This document shows positions 32,191 through 42,194 of a DNA stretch of 64,000 nt, in pieces (within the stretch, counting starts at the first letter, position 1; every line of letters begins with the position of its first letter). The DNA is from an uncultured Chloroflexia bacterium. GTDB lineage: Bacteria; Chloroflexota; UBA6077; JACCZL01. The stretch spans positions 192,001-256,000 of the forward strand of contig CAVXYC010000032.1 in the NCBI GenBank assembly GCA_963765765.1. Direction: 5' to 3'. The notes under the pieces were generated by a model. That model was given only the letters and a program-made list of their open reading frames with translations. It was not told the origin of the DNA and did not search any database. A program made the translations under genes and the position numbers.

Positions 32191-32955
32191 ATGGTGAAGC
32201 GACACCGCCTCATCACCTTCTTTGTCCTGGCCTACGCGCTCTCGTGGTGGGAGTGGCCACTTCACGCCGTCGGCCTGTTCCCCGGTCCCATCTTCCCCTG
32301 GGGACCGATGATCGCCGCCTTCATCATCCTGGCACTGACCAAGGGCAAGGCCGGGGTGAAGGCCCTCCTGCGATCGATGGTGCAGTGGCGAGCGGGGCTC
32401 AACTGGTACGCCGTGGCGTTAGGACTCCCCGCCGTGCTGTATCTGGCCGCGGTATGCCTCAACGTGCTGCTCGGCGCCCCCATTCCCACCTCGGCCCAGT
32501 TGTCCGTCCCCTGGTACATGCTCGTGCTGGCCTTTCCCCTCACGATCCTCGAGGGTGGCGCGCTGGAGGAGCCAGGCTGGCGTGGCTATGCGCTGCCACG
32601 ACTGCTCGCTCACCGCTCGGCTCTCGCGGCCAGCCTGATCTTGGGCGCGGTGCACGCCGGCTGGCATCTGCCGCTGTATGCCGCCACCCCCGCCAACTTG
32701 GCCTTAATCCCGCTGGTCATCGGCTGGTCGGTCCTGTTCACCTGGCTGTTTAACGGGACGAACGGGAGCGTGTTACTCGCGATCTTGTTCCACGGCTCGC
32801 TCAACACCCTGGCGGGGCTGCTCCAGCCGATGTTCTCGGGAGAGGACGCCGTCCGGTTGTTGTGGCTGCTTGCAGCAGCGTTCTGCGTGGCGGCCGTCGT
32901 GGTGGCGCTTGCCGCGGGGCCGGAGCTCTCGCGCAGGCCGTCCCCCCACACTTAG
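32191..32955 (+). CDS. CPBP family intramembrane glutamic endopeptidase (CAAX/Abi)
   Basis: EEPGWRGY, HAGWHLP, GSVLLAILFHGSLN motifs; multi-TM. Confidence 0.9.
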   Translation: MVKRHRLITFFVLAYALSWWEWPLHAVGLFPGPIFPWGPMIAAFIILALTKGKAGVKALLRSMVQWRAGLNWYAVALGLPAVLYLAAVCLNVLLGAPIPTSAQLSVPWYMLVLAFPLTILEGGALEEPGWRGYALPRLLAHRSALAASLILGAVHAGWHLPLYAATPANLALIPLVIGWSVLFTWLFNGTNGSVLLAILFHGSLNTLAGLLQPMFSGEDAVRLLWLLAAAFCVAAVVVALAAGPELSRRPSPHT

Positions 32956-33143
32956 CATCGGTCCGACCAGTGCGTACATCCTCAACGACGACCCAAACAT
33001 ACCCCAGGAGGTTGTGGATGCTGGCTGCTACGCCGTTGTCTCAGGCCTCCTTGGTTCGCGGGCAACCGCTTTGACGAGTCGCCGCTGGGTGACCCGCCGG
33101 TAGCAGAACAGGATCAGTGCCCAAAACGGTGCCCGGAATCGGG

Positions 33144-33294
33144 CAGGCTGTTGAAAAAGTCGCTTGTAATTCTGCAGTGAGCTTCAAGTCGTCATTGATA
33201 GAGCCGCAAACGGCTGAATCCGGGCCTCCGAGGGCCTCTTGCCCTTCGAATCGACGGTCATGAGCATGCGGCTGAGGAGTTTTTCAACAGCCTG
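33144..33294. mobile_element. MITE-like element with IS5/IS1182-type ends
   Basis: CAGGCTGTTGAAAAA ... TTTTTCAACAGCCTG perfect 15-bp TIR. Confidence 0.75.
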
Positions 33295-33453
33295 CTAGAG
33301 GCCACGATGCCCTGGGTGTTCAGCGGATCAGGCAGCCGATTCCAGGGTGCACCGCCAATGTTCGAAACGGAACGTACGCCGCCAACCCGATGTGGTCTAC
33401 ACTATCGCGCGATGCATCCCGCCGATGGTCCAGGTGAGGCCGAAGCCGTCCAG

Positions 33454-33832
33454 ATGGGGCGCAAGCACATCCTGGCGGTGAACGGCTCCAGCGAATTCCT
33501 CGAGTTCGTCCGCGTGCTGTTTGAGCAAGAGCGTTACAACGTCCACGACGAACTTCGTCCCGCGCACGGACGCGATGATCGCCGCGCTCCAACCGGACCT
33601 GGTCATCGTGGATATCGTCCTGGGCCATCAAATGGGGTGGGATCTGCTCGAAAGCCTGCACCGCGAGGTCGTGACCAGGGACATCCCCTTGCTGCTCACA
33701 TCCACCGATCCTCGGATGCTGGCTCGGGCCCAAGCGGACGAGGCCCGCTACGGGCAGCATCAGGTGATTGCGAAGCCGATGGATGTCGATGAGCTGCTGG
33801 GCACGGTCTCGGAGATCATCGGCGCAGCGTGA
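33454..33832 (+). CDS. Single-domain response regulator (frameshifted)
   Basis: HILAVNGS...PDLVIVDIVLG...IPLLLTST...KPMDV. Confidence 0.8.
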
Positions 33833-33994
33833 GCGGGGGTGGATGGACGGCGGGCGCCTTCCTGCGGACACTCCATCGCCGTAGACAAGGAAACCCAGCG
33901 CCCCGAGCTGTTCCGCTTCGACGATTTGGAGATCATCGACTCCAGCAGGATGAGCTCCCGATAGAGTCTGGGCGCTCATGACCGACGCACGGCG

Positions 33995-34390
33995 TCAGGT
34001 CGGTGGGGGGCCCAGCGGCTCGAGACCCTCGAGCATGCGGTGCACCTGCTCGTGGTGCTGCTCTTCGAGCACCGCCTCCTCTTCGATGCGCGCCGCGGTG
34101 GCTTCGTTACCGCGTTCACGCGACCAGGCGGCGAGCTTTCGGGCCAGGGCGGCATTCTCGGCCAGGGCGCGAGCGGCAGACACAACGGCGGCGTTGCGGG
34201 CCTCGCAGTGGGCGATCCACAGCGCGAGCGCCTCATACGCGTGGCCGATCCGACATTCGAAGGCGGGGTCGGTTCCGTCCTCGCGCTCCCACAGGGCGCC
34301 GCCGCAGCGGGGGCAGACGTAGCCGCTCGGTGCCCCAGGTGGCTCGACGCGGTGCCCATTGCTGCGCGGGTGGGGCGCGGGATCGCTCAT
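33995..34390 (-). CDS. Stand-alone protein matching the Zn-finger-like C-terminal extension of atypical CheB methylesterases
   Basis: PSGYVCPRCGGALWE...FECRIGHAY followed by a long amphipathic helix; no methylesterase domain upstream. Confidence 0.75.
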   Translation of the reverse strand: MSDPAPHPRSNGHRVEPPGAPSGYVCPRCGGALWEREDGTDPAFECRIGHAYEALALWIAHCEARNAAVVSAARALAENAALARKLAAWSRERGNEATAARIEEEAVLEEQHHEQVHRMLEGLEPLGPPPT

Positions 34391-34513
34391 GCGGCGAGCC
34401 GCCGAGCACTTTTTGTACCCGAACCTGACGAACGTGCCAATCTCAGCGCTGCAGGGAGAAAAACGTGCATCTCTGCACGGGGGCTGACGATTGCGTTCGT
34501 TCCGAGAATGGGG

Positions 34514-34651
34514 CAGCTGTTAAAAAAGTCCATTGGCATCCTGCCACGGGACCGGAAATGAACTGTGGAGGCCACCAATAGAGGGTCCGAGCGCCCATCC
34601 CGGGGTAAATCCGAGCCGTGGTCACCGACTCGCGGGGTTTTTCAACAAGCT
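34514..34651. mobile_element. Degenerate MITE related to 33144..33294
   Basis: CAGCTGTTAAAAAAGTC ... GGTTTTTCAACAAGCT. Confidence 0.55.
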
Positions 34652-34730
34652 CCCCGCGAGCTCGTGGCGCTGACCCTTCAGGATGGAAGGCATCGCGTAC
34701 GTAGCGAAACTCGTTCCGATACCGTCAGGA

Positions 34731-35681
34731 TCAACAGGGTGATCCCTGTTCCGGAGTCCCCTCGGGGCCATGTCCCGTCATGCCGCCCTCAGCTCGATCG
34801 TCCGCACGCTCGCCGGTCTCGGGTCGGCGCCCGATGATCGAGCCCCGCCACCGCTCCCGATTGCCCGCCTCGTCCGCCGCCTCCTCGTCCGGTGCGTCCG
34901 AGCGGTAGAGGCCGTGCTCGACCACCCAGACCCCGATCTGAGTCCGGTTCCGGAGCTCCAGCCGTTTTAAAATCGCCTCGATATGGTTAGCGACGGTGCC
35001 GGTCACCAGCACCAGCCGCTCGGCGATCTCGTCGTTGCTGAGCCCCTCGGCGATACACGCCGCAATCTCCTGCTGCCGACGGGTGATCCGCGCCAACTCA
35101 TTCGAGGCTTCTTGTCGGCCGCGTCGGATGGCCTCCCGGGTGGCCTGCTCGAACAGGTCAGCCCGCTGGATTACCAACCCGATCCAACCGGCGACGGCCG
35201 TGAGAAATCGAACGTCGGCCTCGGTGAAGGCCTCGGGACGCACCGAGACGGCGGAGAGCACGCCGCGTCGGGCCTCGCGGACATCGATCGGCACGCTGAT
35301 CTCGCTGCGCACCCCCAGGCCCTCGATCATCCCGCGCAGCTGCTCGGGATCCTGATCCGCGTGGCCGGTGGAGTACGGCTCCCCGGTGCGAAAGACCTTC
35401 ACCACCGCGCCGCCGTTGGCCAGCGGCTGGCGATCCATCCCAATCTGATGCTGGCGCACCCCCACCTCGGTGGTGCTCGTGCCGAGCGCCACCAGGGTCT
35501 CATTCTGGGCCCCATAGAGGAACACGTCGACCTTGTCGGCCCGGAGCGGCTCGGTGATCAGATCGCACGCCTCGATCAGCGCCCCGCGGAGATCCGGGCT
35601 CTGGATGGTCAACACGCGCTGGAGGGTCTCCAGCAGGCGGCGGTCGGCCTCGAAGGCACGACCGGCATCGGGCATCGTCAT
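34731..35681 (-). CDS. GAF-LuxR one-component regulator (paralog 2)
   Basis: RLLETLQ...ADKVDVFLY...GMDRQPLANGG...LGVRSE...FLTAVAGWIG; ITRRQQEIAACIAEGLSN. Confidence 0.9.
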   Translation of the reverse strand: MTMPDAGRAFEADRRLLETLQRVLTIQSPDLRGALIEACDLITEPLRADKVDVFLYGAQNETLVALGTSTTEVGVRQHQIGMDRQPLANGGAVVKVFRTGEPYSTGHADQDPEQLRGMIEGLGVRSEISVPIDVREARRGVLSAVSVRPEAFTEADVRFLTAVAGWIGLVIQRADLFEQATREAIRRGRQEASNELARITRRQQEIAACIAEGLSNDEIAERLVLVTGTVANHIEAILKRLELRNRTQIGVWVVEHGLYRSDAPDEEAADEAGNRERWRGSIIGRRPETGERADDRAEGGMTGHGPEGTPEQGSPC

Positions 35682-36343
35682 ACGCCGACTCCAGCTGCGA
35701 ACTTGGCAGCTCCGTCGGCAGGGACGAAAGAAAGAATGGGCCGGGTCGATCGACCCGGCGCAAGCGCGCCAAACGAGCGCGCCAGCGAAACGTACCAGTA
35801 CCCCCAGTGTACCGGTTCGGCGGCCGCATGCACGTCGAGTTGAGCGCCTTGCGCCGAAGATGTGCAGATGCGCACGGGTGGAGCGGCACCGGGCGAACCC
35901 GGGTTACGGGTCGCTCGTAGCGACGCGAGCCAAACATGGGATTCCTGTGACCGCTCTGTGGGAACCCCAGATTCCGATAACCCGCCTTCCCAGACGGTCG
36001 CTCGGCCGCGTTGTTCCCTCTTTCCGCACCCAGTGACTCCTGAGAACGCGCGATGTCGCTGATCCCAATCAGTCATCGGCGCGCCGACGGTTACCCGGCT
36101 TATCCCGGCCGGTTTGCGGCAATTCACCAGTCAGCCCGACCGGATCCTGCGGATCGGCTATCTTGGTTCGGGCCGTGCGGACCGGATGGCGGCGCCACCA
36201 GCGTGCCGGCGAGATCGTCACGCCCGATCGTGGTCCTGGCTCCGTCTCCCGTGTGATCAGCTCGCCACCACATAGCACTGTTCCGCGACGCCGAGCGAAT
36301 CAAGCGCCGAGACATCGCCCGGACGGTTGGAGCCCCGCCGGTG

Positions 36344-36710
36344 CTACTCGCGCTCCTTTGGGAGCAACCAGTGGGCGATGAGCGCTTCCATAGCGTCCAG
36401 GTCGAACGGCTTGGCGATGAACGCGTCGGCTCCCGCCCCGTCTGTTTCACGGGGCCCCATGGAGCTCATCAGAATCACTGGGATGCCCCCGGTGTCGGTG
36501 GTGGCCTTCAGGCGCCGGGCAGAGCTCCACACCGGTCAGGACCGGCATCATCATGTCCGTGACCACCAAATCCGGCCGCTCCCTCTCGATCACCGCGAGC
36601 GCATCAGCGCCGTGCACGGCCTTGAGTATCCGGTGACCGGCGTCCGTCAGCATCTGGACCAGAACGTCGCGCACGGGCTCCTCGTCATCGACGATCAGGA
36701 TTGTGGCCAC
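36344..36710 (-). CDS. Single-domain response regulator (frameshifted)
   Basis: ILIVDDE...PDLVVTDMMMP...KPFDL; start overlaps the KaiC-like gene end. Confidence 0.85.
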
Positions 36711-38199
36711 TCCGCCCCCCCGCTGGCACCGGGTTGCACGTCGGCCGCAGGCTTGCCAGACAAGCGCGGGAGTCCCGTGAGTAGACCTTCTCCGAGGGGC
36801 GCCGGACCCAGGAGCTCAATGCCCCGGCCCGGGGTGATCGTCAGCTCGTAGATGGCGGGATCATAGGCCGAAAAGCGCATTTTGAAGATCGAGAATACCC
36901 GATGCATCCGACCGTGGTACTCGGCCTGCCGGAGAAGCAGGAGATTCTCCGCGAGCAGCGAGAGCGGCGTCCCGGCCAGCTCGAGCTGGGGTCCCATGAT
37001 CACGGGCAGATCCAGCGTCAGATAGCTCGTGACGTCTCGCCCACGCAGGTAACTGACCAGCGCGGACAGAAAGTCGGGGATGCGACTCGAGAAGCTCAGT
37101 CCGCGCTCGACCTCCGCCACGGAGTCAATTACCAGCCGCCGAACGCCGCGGCGTTCGACATCCTCGACCAGCACCGCGGCGATGGTGTCCGCCTCCAAAT
37201 CATAGCCCGGCAGCACCAGGATGCGGGCCTGACCCGCTGTCTGGGCCGCGCCCAGGTCCATGCCGTACGCCCGCGCTTTCTCCTCGAGCTGCGCTGCGCC
37301 TTCCATGAATCCCAGATACAACACGGCTCCTGCCGGCGGATGCCTTCGGCCAGGAGATGCAGTCCGAGCGTGGTTTTCCCCACGCCCGGGCTGCCGGCAA
37401 CCAGCGTGATCGTCCCCGCGTTCAGGCCTCCATCCATCAGCGCGTCCAGGTCGGCGATCCCGAAGGCCGCCCGGTCCGCGTTCCAGGCCGGCTCGGTGGC
37501 CGTGACCACGGATTCAAACCGCGGGAAGATGACGATGCCGCTATCATCGATCACGAACGGATGGTCCCCGCCGAGCGGCCGCGAGCCCCGCGCTTTGAAG
37601 ACTTCGAGGGTCCGGCGCTGGCGGCTCTCCGAGCGCTCGCGACGTAGCACCACGATCATGTCGCAGACCGTCAACTCGGGATAGCGATGTGATTCTTCCG
37701 GGTCCCCCTCGACCAGAACCAGGGTCGTCATTCCCAGGATCGCCAGTTTCGCGCCCAGCGAGTACAGAAAATGCGCCGCCGCCTGATCGTCGCCCAGAAA
37801 GCCGCGCATACTCCGAAAGCCGTCGAGAATCACCAGCGACGCGCGCTGCTGCCGCGCCGTCGCGATGATCGCCTCTTCGGTCTCATCCACCCCTTGCCGC
37901 AACAGGTCGGGTAGGCTGGCTAATTGGAACTGTTCACCAATCACGTTCGGCTCGAAGAAGCTGAGTCCGTGGTTGTGGGCAAGGAGCTTCTCATGCGTCT
38001 CCGAGTAGCCGGTGAGGTACAGCACCGGTGCCCCCCGCGAGGCGGCGTGGAAGGCGATCTGCTGGCCGAGCACGGTCTTGCCGCTGCCCGGGGCGCCGAT
38101 GACCATGGCGATCGATCCCCGGAGAATCCCGCCCCCGAGAATGCGGTCCAGGTTCGGGACGCCCGTTTCGAGCATGTCAATCGGGGCGTCCCCCATCAA
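36695..38199 (-). CDS. KaiC-like double-domain RecA-superfamily ATPase (frameshifted)
   Basis: TGVPNLDRILGGG, GAPGSGKT; second domain LDALMDGG, GSPGVGKT, LVIDS, KMR; frameshift near 37320. Confidence 0.9.
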
Positions 38200-38591
38200 T
38201 CAATCCTGTCCTGCCTCAGCGGCCCCGCCGTCCGTGCGGTGACGGGGACCGTGGGCCACTCGGGTGGAACCCGTTGGTGCACGCAGTATGCCGGAAGAAT
38301 TATGTCGGCATTCGTCCCCTTCTCTCCACCATCGAGCGTGAGCCTGGAAGACCTGCCTCAGCTACGCTGCGCTTCGCTCATGCAGGAGTAAGGGAGTGGG
38401 GCTGGCTGCCCCAATGACTGTCAAGGTTTCGCCTGCTTCGCTTCGCTACGCCCCTGTGGGTGAGCAGTCATTCCCCGTGCGTCGGCTTACTATCAGGGTT
38501 TTGTCCCAAAACCCTATCCTATGATGCTCGGGGAGGAAATACGCCGTGGCCAAACTAAGCGTTGTCGGTCCTGATGCTCGGGAGCTGCGGC

Positions 38592-38728
38592 CAGACCTGG
38601 CATTGGCGACATCGTTCTGGGCCACCAGGTCGGCTGGGATCTGCTGGAAAGCCTGCACCGCGACAGCGTGACCCGTGACATCCCCGTGCTGCTCACATCG
38701 ACGGAGCCGCGCATGCTGGCTCGGGCCG
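38592..38728 (+). pseudogene. Relic of a receiver-domain paralog of 33454..33832
   Basis: DIVLGHQVGWDLLESLHRDSVTRDIPVLLTSTEPRMLARA, nearly identical to the 33.6-kb copy; both ends missing. Confidence 0.75.
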
Positions 38729-38795
38729 TGCGATTGGGACTCTGCGGCTAACACGGTCCAGTGCCCCGTCAATCATCGCCGATGGTCGCCCGAGA

Positions 38796-39077
38796 TCAGC
38801 GAGCTGAGCGGCGAGGCGTAGTGCCTTCCGATCTCGTGGCAGCCGGTTCGCGGTCGGCCAGCTTGGCACGCAGCCAGCGGAACAACGCGGTGCCATCGCC
38901 GTCCGTATATCCGGCAGCCCGATACTCCGCTCGGAGCTGGTCCAAGATGGGAGCCGCGGCCAATCGCAGCGCTCCGACGGCCTCTTCCGACGGGCTCCGC
39001 TCAACATTGTGAAGCGCCACCCGGAATCGCTCGATCAAGGAGTCTCTGTCCTGGTCGTTCGTTCTAGGGATGCTCAT
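38796..39077 (-). CDS. Hypothetical helical microprotein (paralog of 31564..31839)
   Basis: RFRVAL...PSEEAVGALRLAA..ILDQLRAEYRAAG...LFRWLR. Confidence 0.7.
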   Translation of the reverse strand: MSIPRTNDQDRDSLIERFRVALHNVERSPSEEAVGALRLAAAPILDQLRAEYRAAGYTDGDGTALFRWLRAKLADREPAATRSEGTTPRRSAR

Positions 39078-39517
39078 CCGCCACCCGTCCCACCGCATGC
39101 TGCGCGCTGTGCTTTAAGTATCTGTCCGAACGGTGCGTCTGGATAGATGCACGGATGCATAGAATGTGCACGCAGATACGAAAGTGGCAGGGAAGAATCT
39201 CGGTCGAGAGAGGTTTAGGACACCACCCCACCCCGTGCCGGGCCATTCCCGTCCCGCTGTGACAAAGATGCACGGTCTGGTGGTGTGTTTCGCTCAGCGG
39301 CGTGGGTGGTCCATTGCGTTCCCTTCCGTGTGCATCACGCTGGGCACAAGTGCTGTGAGCTGACGAAGGATGACCGTCTGACCCGACTGCGCGTTGAACG
39401 TGTAGGTCATAGACAGTGGGGCCGCGATGTCGTGATCGTTGACCACCCGATCCGGCTTACTCGCGCCTAGAAGCTCGGTCCACTCGCTCGTCGCCTATTT
39501 GCTCAACGGACTAGCGT

Positions 39518-39757
39518 TTACCGGAAGTGAGGCAGAACCTCCCGCTCATAGAACTGGAAGAATCCTTCCTGGTCCGGGCCTACCTGATCAACGTGGACAC
39601 GATCGTAGCCGGCATCCAGGCACTTCTGGATCGCGGTGACATGCTGCTCAGGATCAGGACCGCAGGTCACGATCTCCGCGATCTGATCTTCTGTGACAAG
39701 CTGCGTCGCCTGCTCGTAGTGGCGGGGTAACGGCAGTTCCTGGCCAAGTTGCCCACC
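39518..39757 (-). pseudogene. C-terminal fragment of an LLM-class F420-dependent oxidoreductase
   Basis: GQLGQELPLPRHYEQA...CGPDPEQH...DAGYD...QVGPDQEGFFQFY..EVLP. Confidence 0.75.
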
Positions 39758-39887
39758 TATTAATTGCAAATCCCGGATCTATTCGGAAAAGGGAAGATCT
39801 ATGTCGCCGAAACGGTCCTTTTTTGGCATGGTCGCTGCGCTTGCGCCGAATCGGTAAGCCCGCGGAAACCCGAACGAGAGACGATTA

Positions 39888-40295
39888 ATGAATCGATTCT
39901 GGCGCGACTACAACCTGAGCATCGTACTGGCGGTTCTGTTTCTTGTGAGCTGGATTCTCCAGACCTGGATGGGCTGGGTGGAGTTCGTATCGCAGCAGGA
40001 GGCACATAGCCAGACCGCCGCCGTCTTCGGCTCGGATGGCTACATCTGGCAATGGGGTCAATCGACCTTTGAGAACTGGCAGTCTGAGTTTCTTCAGCTT
40101 CTAACCTTTGTCTATCTCACCAGCGTCTTCGTTCATCGCGGCAGTCACGAATCCAAAGACAGCGATGAAGCGATGCAGCGACTTCTGGAGAAGATTGACC
40201 AGCGGCTTGCTCGGCTGGAGCAGGATGGCGTCGCCAGCGGGGACTCAGGGCAAGTTGTAGAAGCAGCACGCGCCGCGGCGCTACGCAGACGTTAG
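39888..40295 (+). CDS. DUF6766-like membrane protein
   Basis: LSIVLAVLFL...STFENWQSEFLQ...GSHESKD. Confidence 0.75.
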   Translation: MNRFWRDYNLSIVLAVLFLVSWILQTWMGWVEFVSQQEAHSQTAAVFGSDGYIWQWGQSTFENWQSEFLQLLTFVYLTSVFVHRGSHESKDSDEAMQRLLEKIDQRLARLEQDGVASGDSGQVVEAARAAALRRR

Positions 40296-40498
40296 ACCGA
40301 ACCCCGGGGAGCGATAAAATGACCAGGTCTATCGCTCCCCAACTGGCGGGACGACTAGAGAGTGTGGGCCGTTCAGGCTATCTGCCACGAGTGCCTCTGT
40401 CGGGGCTCTAATATTCGTTAAACTCGTCTCTTGCACTCGTCAAACGTCGCGTCGGATATGGTGTATTAGGCGATGCCGTCATCCGCGGAGGCTGGCGA

Positions 40499-41362
40499 AT
40501 GAGGAGCAGACAGGAAGTTCGAGACCAGTGGAGCTCGCTTCGTAGCGAGATCGAGACTCAGTGGGAGCGTGCGCAACAACTTCAAGAGAGCTCCCTGGCG
40601 ATCCGAAGAAACTATCGTTCAGTTCAGAACACGCTTCCCCGGCTGCTGGAGATTTCCCAGCACGAGCTTGGCCCGGCGCTGTCCGAGGCGGCCGATATTC
40701 TTACTGAAGTGTTTGAATGCGAAGGCGTCGACTTCTTCCTTCATGACCCCACCACGGTGTGCCTTGTAGCCATCGGATCGAGCCACACACCCATCGCTCA
40801 GCGGCAGCGACAGCTTGGCCTGGATCGTTTGCAGGTCAAAGAGCCGAGCAGGGTCGTTGAGGTATTTCGCTCCGGATTGTCACGCCTGGATGGGAACGTA
40901 GACGAGGACTTATACGAGCATTCGGGTATTGCCGCGCAGCTCGGCGTACGGAGCTCGATGACCTGTCGTATCGAGTCGTCCGGAAGCTATCCGGGCGTCG
41001 TCCGGGCAATATGCACACGGACGAATGCCTTCAACGTGCGCGACCTGCGTGTTCTGGAATCGGTGGCCCGTTGGGCAGGGCTTTTCGTTCAGGCGGCCTC
41101 GGCTACGGATGGACGCGCGTCGCTGGATGCGAGCGATTCGCCGGTTCTCACGCCCGTCTTTAGCAATCCGCTCACGCGTCGACAGCAAGAGCTCGCCCTG
41201 CTGGTTGCCCAGGGACTTTCAAATGCTGAGATAGCGGATGCGCTGGTACTCAAACCCGGCACCGTGGCCAATCATGTAGCGGGGATACTCAAACGGTTGA
41301 ATGTTCGGAACCGGGCTCAAGTAGCCATTTGGGCGACGAAGCATCTCAGCTCGGCGCGCTGA
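40499..41362 (+). CDS. GAF-LuxR one-component regulator (paralog 3, N-terminal coiled coil)
   Basis: LLEISQHELGPALSEA...VDFFLHD...GLDRL...LGVRS...ESVARWAG; LTRRQQE...PGTVANHV. Confidence 0.88.
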   Translation: MRSRQEVRDQWSSLRSEIETQWERAQQLQESSLAIRRNYRSVQNTLPRLLEISQHELGPALSEAADILTEVFECEGVDFFLHDPTTVCLVAIGSSHTPIAQRQRQLGLDRLQVKEPSRVVEVFRSGLSRLDGNVDEDLYEHSGIAAQLGVRSSMTCRIESSGSYPGVVRAICTRTNAFNVRDLRVLESVARWAGLFVQAASATDGRASLDASDSPVLTPVFSNPLTRRQQELALLVAQGLSNAEIADALVLKPGTVANHVAGILKRLNVRNRAQVAIWATKHLSSAR

Positions 41363-41439
41363 AGCTTGTGTGACCCGAACAGATTACACATCAGGCCGCT
41401 TCGTTTTCAGCTTTAGCGAAGCGTCATGACCGTCGCACT

Positions 41440-41516
41440 GTAGAGCGGGCCCCGTGCCCGCGAGTCAACGGCTTGCGGCCGGTTTAGAGACTCGCGGGCA
41501 CGAAGGCCCGCTCTAC
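41440..41516. repeat. GTAG-type REP doublet (REPIN-like)
   Basis: GTAGAGCGGGCCCCGTGCCCGCGAGTC ... GACTCGCGGGCACGAAGGCCCGCTCTAC. Confidence 0.8.
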
Positions 41517-41635
41517 GACAGCCCAATCGGGACACATCACGCTGGTCATGTCCCAGGAGACCACGTTCATTAGAAAGACGATGGATAACAATGCGTTCGA
41601 CGCAGGAATTCCCGCGGTGTTTGCGTCGGTGCTGA

Positions 41636-41857
41636 TTAGTTAGCGGTTAGCTCATCGATGGTGCAGCTTAGCTGTTCCGGTGGGTCGTAGCCCCATGAGG
41701 GACCATAGCTCGATGCTTTGCCCGCTGGCGCGGAATCCATCTCAACCCGGTACAGAATAGTGCCCCCTTCGGACTCGATACCGATCACCTGTCCAGCTTG
41801 CTGCTCATCTTCAATGTAGACCCGATCACCAATGATCGGGGACCACTCATCGTCCAT
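41636..41857 (-). CDS. Hypothetical small SH3/KOW-like protein
   Basis: RBS AAGGAG; IGDRVYI....GQVIG......YRVEMD...TIDEL. Confidence 0.65.
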   Translation of the reverse strand: MDDEWSPIIGDRVYIEDEQQAGQVIGIESEGGTILYRVEMDSAPAGKASSYGPSWGYDPPEQLSCTIDELTAN

Positions 41858-41957
41858 GATTGCGTCTCCTTTGAGATGCACCCACAACGTCCCTCGCCTT
41901 CCCGTGGCGGTGCTCCGGGCTGGTCAGGTCTGTGGCGCGACGCACGGAACGTGGTCT

Positions 41958-42161
41958 TCAGATGGGCGCCGTGCGTCGGCTCAGACCTAAAAGGCCGTGG
42001 CATAATTCGTGCCCAGGTTGCGAGCGGTCACAGCTCCACGTTCTCGCGCACATCTGGCAGGTGACCTCGCCGACCGATCCATCGTGAATCAACATGGAGC
42101 CGTGGCAATGATCGCAAGAGCCGGGAATCAGCGACGTCCCGAGCATGGACTCATCAGGCAT
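41958..42161 (-). CDS. Putative zinc-ribbon microprotein
   Basis: CDHC-x14-CQMC. Confidence 0.5.
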   Translation of the reverse strand: MPDESMLGTSLIPGSCDHCHGSMLIHDGSVGEVTCQMCARTWSCDRSQPGHELCHGLLGLSRRTAPI

Positions 42162-42194
42162 AGGTACATACCCCCTCGTGGTTGGTGGCTCGAA

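Larger units (their letters stand above)
31931..33294. mobile_element. IS5/IS1182-type-ended non-autonomous unit carrying a CPBP protease gene
   Basis: CTAG|CAGGCTGCTGAAAA ... TTTTCAACAGCCTG|CTAG; transposase C-terminal relic TAYNLVRL on - strand at 32104-32190. Confidence 0.65.

Noticed and set aside
32191-32955. CPBP/'Abi' gene as an anti-phage defence system
   Set aside because: The Abi label of this family is historical; no defence partners are adjacent
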